DNA from: Deltaproteobacteria bacterium TL4
GTDB lineage: Bacteria > SAR324 > NAC60-12
Length of the DNA: 61,963 nucleotides
Assembly: GCA_051382335.1 (NCBI GenBank)
Contig: JBBCAX010000050.1
Coordinates: forward strand, 1-61,963
Direction of reading: 5' to 3'
Part shown: positions 9,715 through 20,321 of the stretch, one piece after another
Position numbering within the stretch: the first letter of the stretch is position 1
Layout of the letters: each line of letters starts with the position of its first letter
The notes under the pieces: model-generated
The model's database searches: none
Told to the model about the DNA's origin: nothing
What the model saw: the letters and a program-made list of their open reading frames with translations, nothing else
Made by a program: the position numbers and the translations under genes

Positions 9715-10992
9715 ATGCAAGTTAAAATAGTTAAAGGCTTTGACGCTTATCAACAGCGCCGAATACTGCTTAAAGAAGACGATAATGTTTCAGAAACGGT
9801 GAGTAGTGTTTTACATGATGTCAAAACACAGGGAGATCTCGCTCTGAAAAAATACACGCAAAAGTTTGATCAAGTGGCTATTGAGTCCTTTCGTGTTTCT
9901 CATGAAGAGAAACAGGAAGCCTTAATCCAATTAAATCCGAAGTTACGTGAAGTTTTACTGCAAGCCGCATCGAATATTCGTAAATTTCATCACCGGCAAA
10001 AAACCGAGTCCCAATTGCAGTTTAGCGATGATGGTACGATTTTGGGCTGGAAAGTAACTCCGATTGATTGCGTTGGGATTTATGCCCCTGGTGGTCGCGC
10101 AATTTACCCGTCAACGGTGTTGATGAATGTCATTCCCGCTCAAGTTGCAGGCGTCCCACGCATAGTAGTCGTCTCACCGCCTGAGTCCAGTGGGAAACCC
10201 CATCCTTTGGTTATGGCAACGTCCGCGCTTTTAGGTGTCGAAGAAATCTACGCAATTGGAGGCGCTCAGGCGATTGGCGCGTTGGCCTATGGCACAGAGA
10301 GCATTCCTGCCGTATTTAAAATTGTCGGTCCAGGAAACGCATTTGTCACCGAGGCGAAACGACAGGTTTATGGTACGGTTGGAATTGATTCGCTAGCAGG
10401 ACCGAGTGAAATCCTCATTCTTTGTGGACGGGAAGATATTCCCACCGAATATCTGGTCAGGGATATGCTTTCTCAGGCAGAACATGATCCTCAAGCCAGG
10501 GCGTTATTGATTACAACCTCTAAAAAACAGGCGGAGGTTGTTGCGCGTCGGTTAGAAAGTTTAATTCCAACGATTCCACGATGGGAAATAATTGAGGAAT
10601 CGTTTAAAAATCAATCGGCGATCATCCTGGTCAACTCGATGGAAGAGGCCTTTGACGCGGTGAATCATATTGCGCCTGAACACCTTGAACTCATAACCGA
10701 GGATCCCTTTGGCAATCTTCATAAAGTTCGTAATGCGGGTGCCATCTTTTTAGGACCGAACACGCCTGAACCCGTGGGTGACTATTTTGCGGGACCGAAC
10801 CACACCCTCCCTACTTCAGGTTGTGCTAAATTTTCTTCACCTCTTGGTGTTCATGACTTTGTAAAGACCAGTTCCGTTTTGAGTTATTCCGCGGAACGTT
10901 TGCAAAAAGAGAGCGCCTCGATTATCCGTTTTGCTGAAGCGGAGGGATTATTTGCGCATGCGGCGGCAATTCAAGTTCGAAAAGATCAATAA
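9715..10992 (+). CDS. hisD: Histidinol dehydrogenase
   Basis: GIYAPGG, GGAQAIGALAYGT, KIVGPGNAFV, AGPSE, QAEHD, APEHLE, GDYFAGPNHTLPT. Confidence 0.97.
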   Translation: MQVKIVKGFDAYQQRRILLKEDDNVSETVSSVLHDVKTQGDLALKKYTQKFDQVAIESFRVSHEEKQEALIQLNPKLREVLLQAASNIRKFHHRQKTESQLQFSDDGTILGWKVTPIDCVGIYAPGGRAIYPSTVLMNVIPAQVAGVPRIVVVSPPESSGKPHPLVMATSALLGVEEIYAIGGAQAIGALAYGTESIPAVFKIVGPGNAFVTEAKRQVYGTVGIDSLAGPSEILILCGREDIPTEYLVRDMLSQAEHDPQARALLITTSKKQAEVVARRLESLIPTIPRWEIIEESFKNQSAIILVNSMEEAFDAVNHIAPEHLELITEDPFGNLHKVRNAGAIFLGPNTPEPVGDYFAGPNHTLPTSGCAKFSSPLGVHDFVKTSSVLSYSAERLQKESASIIRFAEAEGLFAHAAAIQVRKDQ

Positions 10993-11177
10993 ATCTGCTA
11001 ATCCTCTTGATTTTTTGGTGATTTCCATTAATGGTTACCTTCTAACTCAAAAGTTGTTAGTTTTCAGATATCAATTATGACATGAAATTAAAATGTTTAT
11101 CTATGACCTTTCCTGGTATATTGAATTGCTAGGCGACTAAGGGCATAAAACCCATTGAACCAACCGAAGGAGATGCC

Positions 11178-11672
11178 ATGAGCACAAAATCAAAAATGAG
11201 TTTAAGTGATTTGACCAATAAAACGGTAGAGGAGTTGGACCAACTCTATCTGTCGGCAGAGACTCCAAGTATTTCAGAACTGGATGGGCAAATGAAAGGG
11301 CGAGTTCTTGCCGGTGAGTCTGTTTTGGAAAATCAACATCTTCGTAATCTGCTAATGAATCCCCTTTATTTACCTTGGAAAGGGAAAGTTTTTACACCGA
11401 TTAGTCCAACTAAGGGGGAAGGCGAAAACAGGGTTGAGGTTGGGCTTTTCAAATCAAGGCTTTTTCATTTTGAAACACGAGAAGTTCCACCGCTTGTTGG
11501 GAAAAATAATGTGGTGGCTTTGAATTATGACCTTCCAGAAAACCCCTGGTTTATCCGACACATTCGAGATGACCTGAAAAAGCTCAGTGAGGGATTATAT
11601 TTGGGAACAGCCAACGTGAAAATCAAAGACAATTACCAGTTTGTGCTCTACTTTGCGTTGGAAGCTGCATAG
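11178..11672 (+). CDS. Conserved hypothetical protein
   Basis: AAGGAG RBS; WKGKVF ... LNYDLPENP ... IRDDL ... GLYLG pattern. Confidence 0.75.
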   Translation: MSTKSKMSLSDLTNKTVEELDQLYLSAETPSISELDGQMKGRVLAGESVLENQHLRNLLMNPLYLPWKGKVFTPISPTKGEGENRVEVGLFKSRLFHFETREVPPLVGKNNVVALNYDLPENPWFIRHIRDDLKKLSEGLYLGTANVKIKDNYQFVLYFALEAA

Positions 11673-11674
11673 AA

Positions 11675-11725
11675 GGCAAAACGATGAGCGCACCCGGCCC
11701 CCCTTTCGAGTGCGCTCATTTTGCC
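11675..11725. terminator. Hairpin between convergent genes (terminator or degenerate REP)
   Basis: ggcaaaa..atgagcgcac / gtgcgctcat.tttgcc inverted repeat. Confidence 0.5.
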
Positions 11726-11813
11726 ACACCCCGCGTTTTTTTGAGGACGTGTTGGTGAAGTTATGACCCACCCTGTCTTTATTCACCAGGAAATTCAGAA
11801 TCCATGGGTGGAC

Positions 11814-12830
11814 TCAGTTGAGAGTCATCCATTGTAAGATCAAACTGTCCATCCAGCGAAAATTGAAAAGCGTTTGAGGTTTTCCCAGGAAGCCCACATG
11901 TCCGCCACGACGAGTCAAAATAACGTCAAAATGAGAAAGTTGTGGTAATCGCTGCAGACTTTCCGTTTCAATAACGGGATCATCATAGGCGCAGAGGATT
12001 AAGGCGGGGATACTGATAGAGGGGATCACAGGATAAGAGCTGGCCTTGATGTAGTAGTCACGCGCGTCCGTAAATCCACTTCTTGGAGCCGTATAAAGAT
12101 CATCAAAAGTCCACAATCTCATTTTTTCCGGAAAAACAGGAATCGCTGGGAGTTCCGGAAAATGTTCATGTAATTGCTTCGCATGTTTTGTCAGTTGCTG
12201 TGTGAAGTAATAATCTAAAAACCGGCTTCCGGAACGTTGTAAATAAATGGAACTTGCCAATAAATTCACCGGAGGCGAAATGGCCACAACACTGTCCATA
12301 TTGCCTGATGGCTGTTGCCCATCTTCACCCGCCAATTTAAGCGAAATATTCCCACCTAAAGAAAATCCCATTAAGGTTACAGGAGCCTGAGGAAACTTTA
12401 GCGCAGCCCAGTTGATTACCGCACGGACGTCTTCACTTCTTCCACTATGATAAAGATTCCGGGCCAAACCCTCGCCGGGTCCACAGCCTCTTAAATTGAC
12501 TCTTAGCACTAACATCCCCTGAGAAACCAATTTACGGCATAATCGAATCATGTAGTTGGAGAGGTAACTTCCCGTCAGTCCGTGCACGAGAACCGCAATA
12601 CGATCCGTTTCCTTCCAGTCCTCAGGGCGGTTTTCCACAACAACTAACTGATCTCCATCAGAAAGAAGAATGTTATGAAATACAGCAGTTTGAGGTGCGG
12701 GAAGTTGTGGCCAATAAACCGCTGCAACCGTTTGAATCCAACCACTTTTTAAGGGAGGCAGTGCTTTAAAAGGCGTATGGCCAATGGTTTCAAGTGACGA
12801 TAAATTGATTATATTAGGCAGTTGTGGCAT
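11814..12830 (-). CDS. YheT-family alpha/beta hydrolase
   Basis: VHGLTGS, NLRGCG, YHSGRSED, GFSLGG nucleophile, DDP, GGHVGF; start placed at ATG 12830. Confidence 0.85.
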   Translation of the reverse strand: MPQLPNIINLSSLETIGHTPFKALPPLKSGWIQTVAAVYWPQLPAPQTAVFHNILLSDGDQLVVVENRPEDWKETDRIAVLVHGLTGSYLSNYMIRLCRKLVSQGMLVLRVNLRGCGPGEGLARNLYHSGRSEDVRAVINWAALKFPQAPVTLMGFSLGGNISLKLAGEDGQQPSGNMDSVVAISPPVNLLASSIYLQRSGSRFLDYYFTQQLTKHAKQLHEHFPELPAIPVFPEKMRLWTFDDLYTAPRSGFTDARDYYIKASSYPVIPSISIPALILCAYDDPVIETESLQRLPQLSHFDVILTRRGGHVGFLGKPQTLFNFRWMDSLILQWMTLN

Positions 12831-12831
12831 A

Positions 12832-13065
12832 TCAGTTTTCCACTCGTTTGGTTTTCGAGAGCTCTTCAAAATCGACATCCTTCATCTTATTTTTGATATG
12901 CTCTGCCAGTTTTTTCTCGACTCGTTCCTTCATATGCTTAACAACCTCTTCCTCAACCCTTTGCTCAATACGGCCTCTAAGCTTACGTCTCATTAATAGC
13001 ATGTTTAGTGCCATTCCGATGATAAAGAACAGCAACATGGCTAAAACCAAAATTAGCGTATCCAT
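12832..13065 (-). CDS. Small single-TM protein with coiled-coil tail
   Basis: Hydrophobic N-terminus; fits tightly between the decarboxylase beta gene and the hydrolase. Confidence 0.65.
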   Translation of the reverse strand: MDTLILVLAMLLFFIIGMALNMLLMRRKLRGRIEQRVEEEVVKHMKERVEKKLAEHIKNKMKDVDFEELSKTKRVEN

Positions 13066-13086
13066 AAATGTGACCTTGAGTGAAAT

Positions 13087-14214
13087 TTAGTGAACCAATA
13101 CATTCCAAAGAACCCCTGCCGCAATGGCAGAGCCAATGACTCCCGCAACATTCGGAGCCATTGCGTGCATTAAGAGAAAGTTGGTAGGATCTTCCTTTTG
13201 GCCAACTATTTGAGCGACTCTCGCAGAATCAGGTACCGCGGAAACTCCGGCGGCTCCAATCAGAGGATTGATTTTATCGGTGAGAAAAAGATTCATGAAC
13301 TTCGCGAAAAGAACACCTCCAGCAGTAGCGATACCGAAGGACAAGGCACCCAATCCAAAGATCAGCATGGATTGCTTGGTAAGGAAGTAAGCGGCACTAG
13401 TGCTGGCACCTACTGAAAAACCAAGGATCATGGTCACAATATCAATCAGCGCATTACGTGCGGTATTGGCTAAACGTTCGGTAACACAACTTTCCTTTAA
13501 TAAATTCCCAAAAAAGAGCATTCCCAGCAAAACCAGCGCACCTGGCGCAATTAACGAACAGATTAAAAATCCCCCAATGGGAAAACAGATGCGCTCCGTT
13601 TTGGATACTTCCCGTGGCGCTTTCATGCGGATCAAACGTTCTTTTCTCGTTGTGAGCAGTCTCATGATCGGCGGCTGAATGACCGGTACCAACGCCATAT
13701 AGGAATAAGCGGCGATCGCAATGGCGCCCAATAAGTGCGGTGCCAATTTTGCCGCCAAGAAAATGGCGGTAGGTCCATCAGCCCCTCCGATAATTCCGAT
13801 GGCACCGGCTTCACTGGGTGTGAACCCGAGGTACAGGGCCCCAATCAGTGTTAAAAAAATCCCCAATTGGGCCGCTGCTCCAAGTAGAATAAGTTTGGGG
13901 TTTGAAAGCATGGCTGAAAAGTCAGTCATTGCCCCTATCCCCAGGAAAATCAAAGGGGGATAGATCCCTTTACTGACTCCAAAATAAAGGTAAGACAAAA
14001 CACTCCCGTTATCATAAACACCCATGTTCATTCCTGGTCCAAAAGGAATGTTACCTACAAGAATACCAAAGCCGATAGGGACCAGTAAAAGGGGCTCGTA
14101 GTCTTTGGTAATGGCCAAGGTAATAAAAATGAGGCCTACCATAATCATGGCGAAATTGCCCCATGTCATTATAGAAAAACCTGTTGTTGAAAGAAATTTC
14201 ACCAGAGTTTCCAT
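13087..14214 (-). CDS. mmdB: Na+-translocating decarboxylase beta subunit (OadB/MmdB/GcdB family)
   Basis: EPLLLVPIGFG, GIIGGADGPT, AAYSYMALVP, GAAGVSAVP, MAPNVAGVIGS. Confidence 0.93.
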   Translation of the reverse strand: METLVKFLSTTGFSIMTWGNFAMIMVGLIFITLAITKDYEPLLLVPIGFGILVGNIPFGPGMNMGVYDNGSVLSYLYFGVSKGIYPPLIFLGIGAMTDFSAMLSNPKLILLGAAAQLGIFLTLIGALYLGFTPSEAGAIGIIGGADGPTAIFLAAKLAPHLLGAIAIAAYSYMALVPVIQPPIMRLLTTRKERLIRMKAPREVSKTERICFPIGGFLICSLIAPGALVLLGMLFFGNLLKESCVTERLANTARNALIDIVTMILGFSVGASTSAAYFLTKQSMLIFGLGALSFGIATAGGVLFAKFMNLFLTDKINPLIGAAGVSAVPDSARVAQIVGQKEDPTNFLLMHAMAPNVAGVIGSAIAAGVLWNVLVH

Positions 14215-14279
14215 CCAATTCTCTCCAAATTAGTAATCTGTGCTCAAGTCGGAATTAACCGGTAGTTCCATGATTTGAT

Positions 14280-14717
14280 TTATCCAATCATTAACAATTC
14301 TTGTCCCTGACTAACCGTATCACCGGGCTTAACGCTAATGGTTTTAATGGTTCCTGCGGCTTGAGCACTGATTTCGTTTTCCATTTTCATGGCTTCCATT
14401 TTCAATACTTTTTGACCGACTATGACTTTATCTCCAACCTTGACCAAGATTGTCATGATTGATCCTGGAATCGGAGCTCGTAACGCACCTGCTTGTCCAG
14501 TGCCTGCACTTGGAGAGGTATGAACAGGAACTGTGGCTGCTTTAGACGTGGATGACAAGATACGCGGAGCGGGTGAAGTAGATCCGGCGGATTCAATACT
14601 ATTAATGTGAACATCATAAGTTTTTCCGTTTATTTCCACTTCTGCCGCTTCAGAGGTAAAACTTTTGACTTCAACTTTATAAGGCCTGTTGTTAACTGAG
14701 ATTTCGTACTTTCTCAT
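14280..14717 (-). CDS. mmdC: Biotin carboxyl carrier subunit
   Basis: APIPG...EAMKMENEI biotinylation motif after an Ala/Pro/Ser/Thr linker. Confidence 0.9.
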   Translation of the reverse strand: MRKYEISVNNRPYKVEVKSFTSEAAEVEINGKTYDVHINSIESAGSTSPAPRILSSTSKAATVPVHTSPSAGTGQAGALRAPIPGSIMTILVKVGDKVIVGQKVLKMEAMKMENEISAQAAGTIKTISVKPGDTVSQGQELLMIG

Positions 14718-15090
14718 TAGTTCTCCTACCTGGTGAAGGTCTCATTTTAGCTACATTTCCCCATTTTGAACGTTGGTCTTCCGTTTTAGAAAGGGTAATT
14801 CTTTGGTTATCGGACGCGGAACTTAACTCAAGTTCCATATGAAGGACGAGTCCTATCAGTGCAGGGATTAGATCCTCCTCACTGTCTCCTTTAGAAGTCA
14901 TTACGGTTGACGAGGATTGAGTTCTTTTCTTCTTTGCGGAGATACCCCGCTCCAAGAGTTTTAGAACATGAGGGATCGCCGCAATGAAAAAGCTAACACA
15001 TAGCAACCCCAAAAAGACGATCAACATCCCCGTGAGTGTAATTTCAATACCTTGTCCGTCAATTATATTTTGAACACTGAAAGAATTCAT
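14692..15090 (-). CDS. mmdD: OadG/MmdD-family anchoring subunit
   Basis: TLTGMLIVFLGL TM motif; position between alpha and biotin-carrier genes. Confidence 0.8.
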   Translation of the reverse strand: MNSFSVQNIIDGQGIEITLTGMLIVFLGLLCVSFFIAAIPHVLKLLERGISAKKKRTQSSSTVMTSKGDSEEDLIPALIGLVLHMELELSSASDNQRITLSKTEDQRSKWGNVAKMRPSPGRRTNEKVRNLS

Positions 15091-15122
15091 AATCGGATCA
15101 CCTTAGTTTAGTAATAGACAGC

Positions 15123-16667
15123 TCATAACGGAATATTTCCATGTTTTTTAGCTGGGTTTGTGTCATGTTTATGTTCCAACATGCCCAGTGCCTTGATTAT
15201 ACGAAAACGGGTGCGGCTTGGTTGCAGGATATCGTCAATATATCCACGCTTCGCCGCAGAAAATGGGGTGACAAATTCTTCCGTATATTCGTCTTCTTTT
15301 TCTTTCAAAAACGTTTTCGGGTCCTCAGCCTGTGCCGCTTCTTTCGCATAAAGAATTTCAGCGGCACCTCTCGCTCCCATGACTGCAAATTCGGCAGTTG
15401 GCCAAGCGTAGTTGATGTCACCACGAAGATGTTTTGAACTCATGACACAGTATGCGCCACCGTAGGCTTTGCGGGTTACCACCGTGATTTTAGGAACGGT
15501 TGCTTCGGCATAAGCGTACAATAATTTAGCGCCATTCTTGATAATCCCACCATATTCTTGGATGGTTCCCGGGAGGAAACCCGGTACATCCACAAAGGTG
15601 ACTAAGGGAATGTTAAAAGCGTCACAGAAACGCACGAATCTTGCGCTTTTTACGGAAGAATCATTATCAAGTACTCCTGCGAGGTGATTCGGTTGGTTTC
15701 CAACAATACCGACTGAAAATCCGCCATATCGTCCAAAACCAATGACGATATTGGGTGCGTAGTCGGGTTGGATTTCCAGAAATTGACCATCATCAACAGT
15801 ATTGAGGATGATCAATTTCATATCATAGGGTTCATTGGGACTCGTCGGGATGATTTCGTCCAAGTAGTCCACTGAACGGTCAGCAGGGTCATCCGTTGGA
15901 AGTCTAGGTGGAGCTTCCATGTTATTTTGAGGCATATAGGAAAACAAGCGTTTGATATAGTCAATGGCCTGCTTTTCATCATCGGCGGCAAGGTGAGCCA
16001 CTCCGCTTTTAACCGTATGGATGCTGGCGCCTCCCAAGGACTCAACATCGACATCTTCATGAGTCACCGTTTTCACTACCTTGGGTCCCGTCAGGAACAT
16101 ATAGCTATTATTTCTGACCATTACCGTATAGTCGGTCAGCGCGGGAGAATAAACGGCGCCTCCGGCACAGGGACCGAAGATGCCTGAAATTTGAGGAACA
16201 ACCCCCGAGGTCATCACGTTTCTCAGGAAAATATCCGCATAGCCCGCCAAACTTTCAATCCCTTCCTGAATGCGAGCGCCTCCTGAATCGTTGAGTCCAA
16301 TGACAGGAGCTCCATTTTTGACTGCAAGATCCATCACTTTGCAGATTTTTTCAGCAAAGGTCTCTGAAAGAGAACCGCCAAACACGGTAAAGTCTTGAGA
16401 AAACACATAAACTAACCGTCCTCCAATGGTTCCATAACCGGTAACAACCCCATCTCCAAGCCATTCCTGTTTTTCCATGCCAAAGTTTTGACAACGATGA
16501 GTTTTGAACATGTCAAACTCTTCAAAAGAGCCTTCATCCAAAAGCATGTTCAAGCGCTCTCGCGCAGTATAGCGCCCCTTGTCGTGATGAGTTTTAATTC
16601 GCTCAAGACCACCCCCTTCAAGGGCTTTCTGGCGAATTTTTATCAGTTCATCTATTTTTTTTCTCAT
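15123..16667 (-). CDS. mmdA: Acyl-CoA carboxyltransferase (methylmalonyl-CoA decarboxylase alpha-like)
   Basis: [60 protein letters not shown]; operon context. Confidence 0.9.
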   Translation of the reverse strand: MRKKIDELIKIRQKALEGGGLERIKTHHDKGRYTARERLNMLLDEGSFEEFDMFKTHRCQNFGMEKQEWLGDGVVTGYGTIGGRLVYVFSQDFTVFGGSLSETFAEKICKVMDLAVKNGAPVIGLNDSGGARIQEGIESLAGYADIFLRNVMTSGVVPQISGIFGPCAGGAVYSPALTDYTVMVRNNSYMFLTGPKVVKTVTHEDVDVESLGGASIHTVKSGVAHLAADDEKQAIDYIKRLFSYMPQNNMEAPPRLPTDDPADRSVDYLDEIIPTSPNEPYDMKLIILNTVDDGQFLEIQPDYAPNIVIGFGRYGGFSVGIVGNQPNHLAGVLDNDSSVKSARFVRFCDAFNIPLVTFVDVPGFLPGTIQEYGGIIKNGAKLLYAYAEATVPKITVVTRKAYGGAYCVMSSKHLRGDINYAWPTAEFAVMGARGAAEILYAKEAAQAEDPKTFLKEKEDEYTEEFVTPFSAAKRGYIDDILQPSRTRFRIIKALGMLEHKHDTNPAKKHGNIPL

Positions 16668-16703
16668 GATTGATTCCCTACCTCATTTAGTCTTTCTGCC
16701 CGG

Positions 16704-16991
16704 TTAGCCATTGTGATAAATTTGATATAATGTGATTTCGCCAAGAACCCCATCGACTTTGCTTTGCAAGTTTGCACGGGTTTCACTTTCCAGCCACTGA
16801 TTCCAACTCTCAATGGAATCCCATGTGGCAATGACCAGGTGTTCTTCGGGATCATCATAGTTGACTAAGGTCTCTCCCAAAACGTACCCAGGCTGAGTCA
16901 TTGCCTGTTTACGCATCTCAAGAAGCATAGGAAGAATGGCTTCCTCCTGCTCTGGAGTTATTCGTCTCTTAATAAAAATTTTTACTGACAT
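16704..16991 (-). CDS. Antibiotic biosynthesis monooxygenase (ABM)-domain protein
   Basis: AMTQPGYVLGETL...LVIATWDSIESW pattern; start at ATG 16991 with GAGG RBS. Confidence 0.8.
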   Translation of the reverse strand: MSVKIFIKRRITPEQEEAILPMLLEMRKQAMTQPGYVLGETLVNYDDPEEHLVIATWDSIESWNQWLESETRANLQSKVDGVLGEITLYQIYHNG

Positions 16992-17309
16992 GCGCGCCTC
17001 TTCATGTTTTAAAAGTTGCCAAACTTTTACCCCGTGAGTGATGAATTTCAGAATTTGAGAAAATCTCTCAAACCTCATCAGCATCATTATTCACCATTAG
17101 GTGATGCAACAAAAGAGGCTCAACATAGAAATTTAACGAAAATGTTCAAGATAAAAGATGATTTGACCACGCTTTCGTTAATTGTGTGGAGTTAAGCTTG
17201 CCAAAAAATTGGACTTTTTATATGAAAAAGGGAGGAAGGTTTTTTATGGGGTTAAGAAAGGTACGCCGTTCGCATGAAGGGTGCTTTATGCGATAGTTGC
17301 AGATAAGCA

Positions 17310-17339
17310 TTGACGGAAGCGATTGATATTTTTTATAAT
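17310..17339 (+). promoter_or_regulatory. Putative sigma70 promoter
   Basis: TTGACG-N18-TATAAT upstream of the ORF at 17432. Confidence 0.5.
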
Positions 17340-17431
17340 GATAAAAGCGGCAAGGGGTTGCTGAACAATCGCCTCAACTCCGTTCCACGTTGGGTCCGCC
17401 CTTATGGAGTAAACAAAGAGGAGAGTAGAGA

Positions 17432-17743
17432 ATGTTTGATAAATCGGATGTGTTGGATGCTCGTTTCAAATATGAAGGTGATGTTTTAATTCACAATTGT
17501 GTTGTGCGTTTGGAAGAGGGAAACGAGGTAAGAGAAGGGACTCGTTTTGGAATCACAGTGAATGCTGATGCCAGACCGGGTAAGGAATTGACCATGATCT
17601 TGAGTGATATTTCGAAGATCGAGCAGATAAAAATAAGAGTGGAAATGATTACGGCGGAACATGTAAAAAAGGTACCGCGAGGGTGGTATAGCATTGTTGA
17701 GGTTAAAGAAATATTACGTTTGAGAGATGGAGATGACATATAA
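17432..17743 (+). CDS. Hypothetical protein
   Basis: GAGGAG RBS; stop overlaps the next start (TAATG). Confidence 0.65.
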   Translation: MFDKSDVLDARFKYEGDVLIHNCVVRLEEGNEVREGTRFGITVNADARPGKELTMILSDISKIEQIKIRVEMITAEHVKKVPRGWYSIVEVKEILRLRDGDDI

Positions 17744-18498
17744 TGAGAGAGCACTTAGAAAAAGTGATTCGTTCTGCGGGAAAACTGGCTTTAGCTTGGT
17801 TTCTGCGCCGACAAGAACTTCAAATTCATTTTAAAAGCGCCAAAGACATTGTTTCTGAAGCGGATATCGCGGTGGAACAATGGATTCGTCAGGAAATGCT
17901 GTCTCAGTACCCGGATTTTGGATTTTATGGTGAAGAAAGTCAGGAAGTGAAAAGTTCAGCAGGTCGATGGATTGTGGATCCCATTGATGGAACAACCAGC
18001 TTCACACGAGGACAGTATCATTGGTGCATCAGTATTGGTGTGGAAATTGGTACAGAGATGGTGTTAGGGGCGGTTTATGCTCCAGCGCTAGACGTTTTGT
18101 ATCTGGCAGAGCGAGGGAAAGGCGCCTTTTGTAACGGGAAACCTATTTCGGTATCCGCAACCAGCACCGTTGAGCAAGCTGTGATGGCAACAGGTTTTGC
18201 GTGCTTACGGTCAGGGCTGGAGGAAAATAATCTTCCTCGTTTTAATCGCATTGCACAGCAGATTAGCGCAACACGGATTTTGGGTTCTGCCGCCTTGGAT
18301 TGTTGTTTAGTCGCTGACGGTAGACTTGACGCTTTTTGGGAACAACATCTAAACCTTTGGGATGTGGCCGCGGGAGCCTTTATTGCCCAAGAGGCAGGAG
18401 CAACCGTTACGGATTTTCAAGGGACCCCCCAGGTCAAGCCTCAGGAAACGCTGATCAGTAACGGGCATTTGCATGAATTCTTGCTGAAGAATATTTAG
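17743..18498 (+). CDS. Inositol monophosphatase family protein (SuhB-like)
   Basis: VSEAD, GEE, WIVDPIDGT, GSAALD, WDVAAG motifs. Confidence 0.92.
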   Translation: MREHLEKVIRSAGKLALAWFLRRQELQIHFKSAKDIVSEADIAVEQWIRQEMLSQYPDFGFYGEESQEVKSSAGRWIVDPIDGTTSFTRGQYHWCISIGVEIGTEMVLGAVYAPALDVLYLAERGKGAFCNGKPISVSATSTVEQAVMATGFACLRSGLEENNLPRFNRIAQQISATRILGSAALDCCLVADGRLDAFWEQHLNLWDVAAGAFIAQEAGATVTDFQGTPQVKPQETLISNGHLHEFLLKNI

Positions 18499-19400
18499 TC
18501 GGATTGGATCGGTTGGTATTCCTCAGGTTGATCAAGAGTCAAAGGCCCCAAGTTTCCTGCTCGAAAATCATGAAGCAACATTTCTGAAACACGGTGTCTG
18601 TCTATCGTTCCTCCTGATTCGAGACAACCTCGTTTTTTGGCGATAGTGGTTATAATTTCCTCTGCCGTCTGTTGTGTAAGAACCTCAGGTATCAGATAAT
18701 ATTGGCAAAATTGTTGTGAAGGATTGGACAGAAAAAGCTGAATCAGATAGGAAGATAAGCGTTCAACGCCAACAGCCGTATCTTTAATGGCACCCGTAAT
18801 GGCTAAACGAAATGCCGCCTCTTCACTTTCAAATTTGGGCCACAAGATTCCAGGAGTATCGAGCAACTCGATGTTTTTTGCCAAGCGGATCCATTCCTGG
18901 TGTTTTGTGATACCAGGCGTCGGGCCCGTTGAAGCGGCGTGATGGTTAGCCAAGCGATTGATCAAGCTAGATTTACCGACATTCGGAATTCCGATAATCG
19001 CTAGCTTTAAGAAAGGGGGGCGGATTCCTTTTTTTTGCAGTTGAGTCCATTTCCCTTCCATCAAGGCTTGAGCCAGGGGGATGATTTTTGCAAGATTTTG
19101 TTTTGTTTTGGCGTCAATGAAAATAAAAGGGACGCTACTGTTTTGCAGGGTAGTGTTCCAGCGTTGTGTTATTTGAGGATCCGCTAATCCGGTTTTATTA
19201 AAAAGGACGATTCGGCGTTTTTGCTGTAAAAAGGGTTCAAAATCATGATTGATAGAAGTCATTGGGATTCGTGCATCACGAATTTCAAGCACGACATCAA
19301 CCCGTTTGAGAATCAGCTCTAATTCCTTTTTGGCCTTGAGCATGTGTCCAGGGTACCAATTAATTGAAGTTTGTTGTTGTGAGTCACTCGTGTTCGGCAT
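18495..19400 (-). CDS. rbgA: Ribosome biogenesis GTPase RbgA/YlqF
   Basis: INWYPGHM, DARIP, NKTGL, GIPNVGKSS, PGITK, LLDTPGILWPK; circularly permuted G motifs. Confidence 0.93.
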   Translation of the reverse strand: MPNTSDSQQQTSINWYPGHMLKAKKELELILKRVDVVLEIRDARIPMTSINHDFEPFLQQKRRIVLFNKTGLADPQITQRWNTTLQNSSVPFIFIDAKTKQNLAKIIPLAQALMEGKWTQLQKKGIRPPFLKLAIIGIPNVGKSSLINRLANHHAASTGPTPGITKHQEWIRLAKNIELLDTPGILWPKFESEEAAFRLAITGAIKDTAVGVERLSSYLIQLFLSNPSQQFCQYYLIPEVLTQQTAEEIITTIAKKRGCLESGGTIDRHRVSEMLLHDFRAGNLGPLTLDQPEEYQPIQSD

Positions 19401-19507
19401 AAATTCCCAGGATTGAATAAACGGTTGATCATGCTGTGGATCTTGATAAAGTTCCATGTTACTCGTTACTGCAAAGAACTCAATATAAGAACAACTAAAA
19501 AAACTGT

Positions 19508-20173
19508 ATGACTCTTGATCAATTTCCTAAAAGAATGAATAAAGACGCACTGCATGACCTTCCGTTAAGGGGTTATGAAGGTCCGATCCATGTCATTACC
19601 TCTGCCGATGAAATGGAACGTGCGGTTGAGAATTTGTTTCAAGAACAGGTTTTGGGGTTTGATACGGAGACTCGTCCCGCTTTTAAAAAAGGGGAACATT
19701 ACTCAGTCTCACTCCTGCAACTGGCGGCTCAGGATGAGGTGTATTTAATCCGCTTGAATCAGGTCCCGATTTCAGAGTCGTTGGCGCAACTTTTGAGTGC
19801 CCCGGAGATCCTTAAAATTGGCGTTGCGGTGCATGATGATATCAAGAGTTTGAATGCACTTTATCCTTTTGAAGCCGCAGGTTTCGTCGATTTAAGCAAT
19901 ATTGCCAAGAAACTGAACATCATTACGGTGGGGTTAAGGAATTTGGCCGGAATGTTTTTAAAAATCCGCATTTCCAAAGGGGCACAAGTTTCTAACTGGG
20001 AAAATCAAAGCTTGACCGCAACTCAAATTCGTTATGCGGCGACAGACGCGTGGATTTGTCGCGAAATCTATCAGTTTTTAAAAAAGCATAAGTTTTTGGA
20101 TGGGCATCAGGGCTTGTTGAAGACAGAGGCAGAACCAGAAGAGGAATCAGTGCCTGAGGCGGAATGTGAGTAG
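19508..20173 (+). CDS. 3'-5' exonuclease (DEDDy, WRN/RNase D-like)
   Basis: GFDTETRP, SLLQLA, DDI, SNWE, YAATDAW. Confidence 0.9.
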   Translation: MTLDQFPKRMNKDALHDLPLRGYEGPIHVITSADEMERAVENLFQEQVLGFDTETRPAFKKGEHYSVSLLQLAAQDEVYLIRLNQVPISESLAQLLSAPEILKIGVAVHDDIKSLNALYPFEAAGFVDLSNIAKKLNIITVGLRNLAGMFLKIRISKGAQVSNWENQSLTATQIRYAATDAWICREIYQFLKKHKFLDGHQGLLKTEAEPEEESVPEAECE

Positions 20174-20321
20174 CGTTCAGTTACGGCTTTCAAAAAATAT
20201 AACTTTGCCTAACGCCATGTTGATTTGGTATTTGAAAATGAGTGAGTCAAATGTTAAGGAAAAACCAGGGGATTGTCCCAAATTCATCACGAGTAAAAAA
20301 GAAAATCCATAGGGAGGATTT

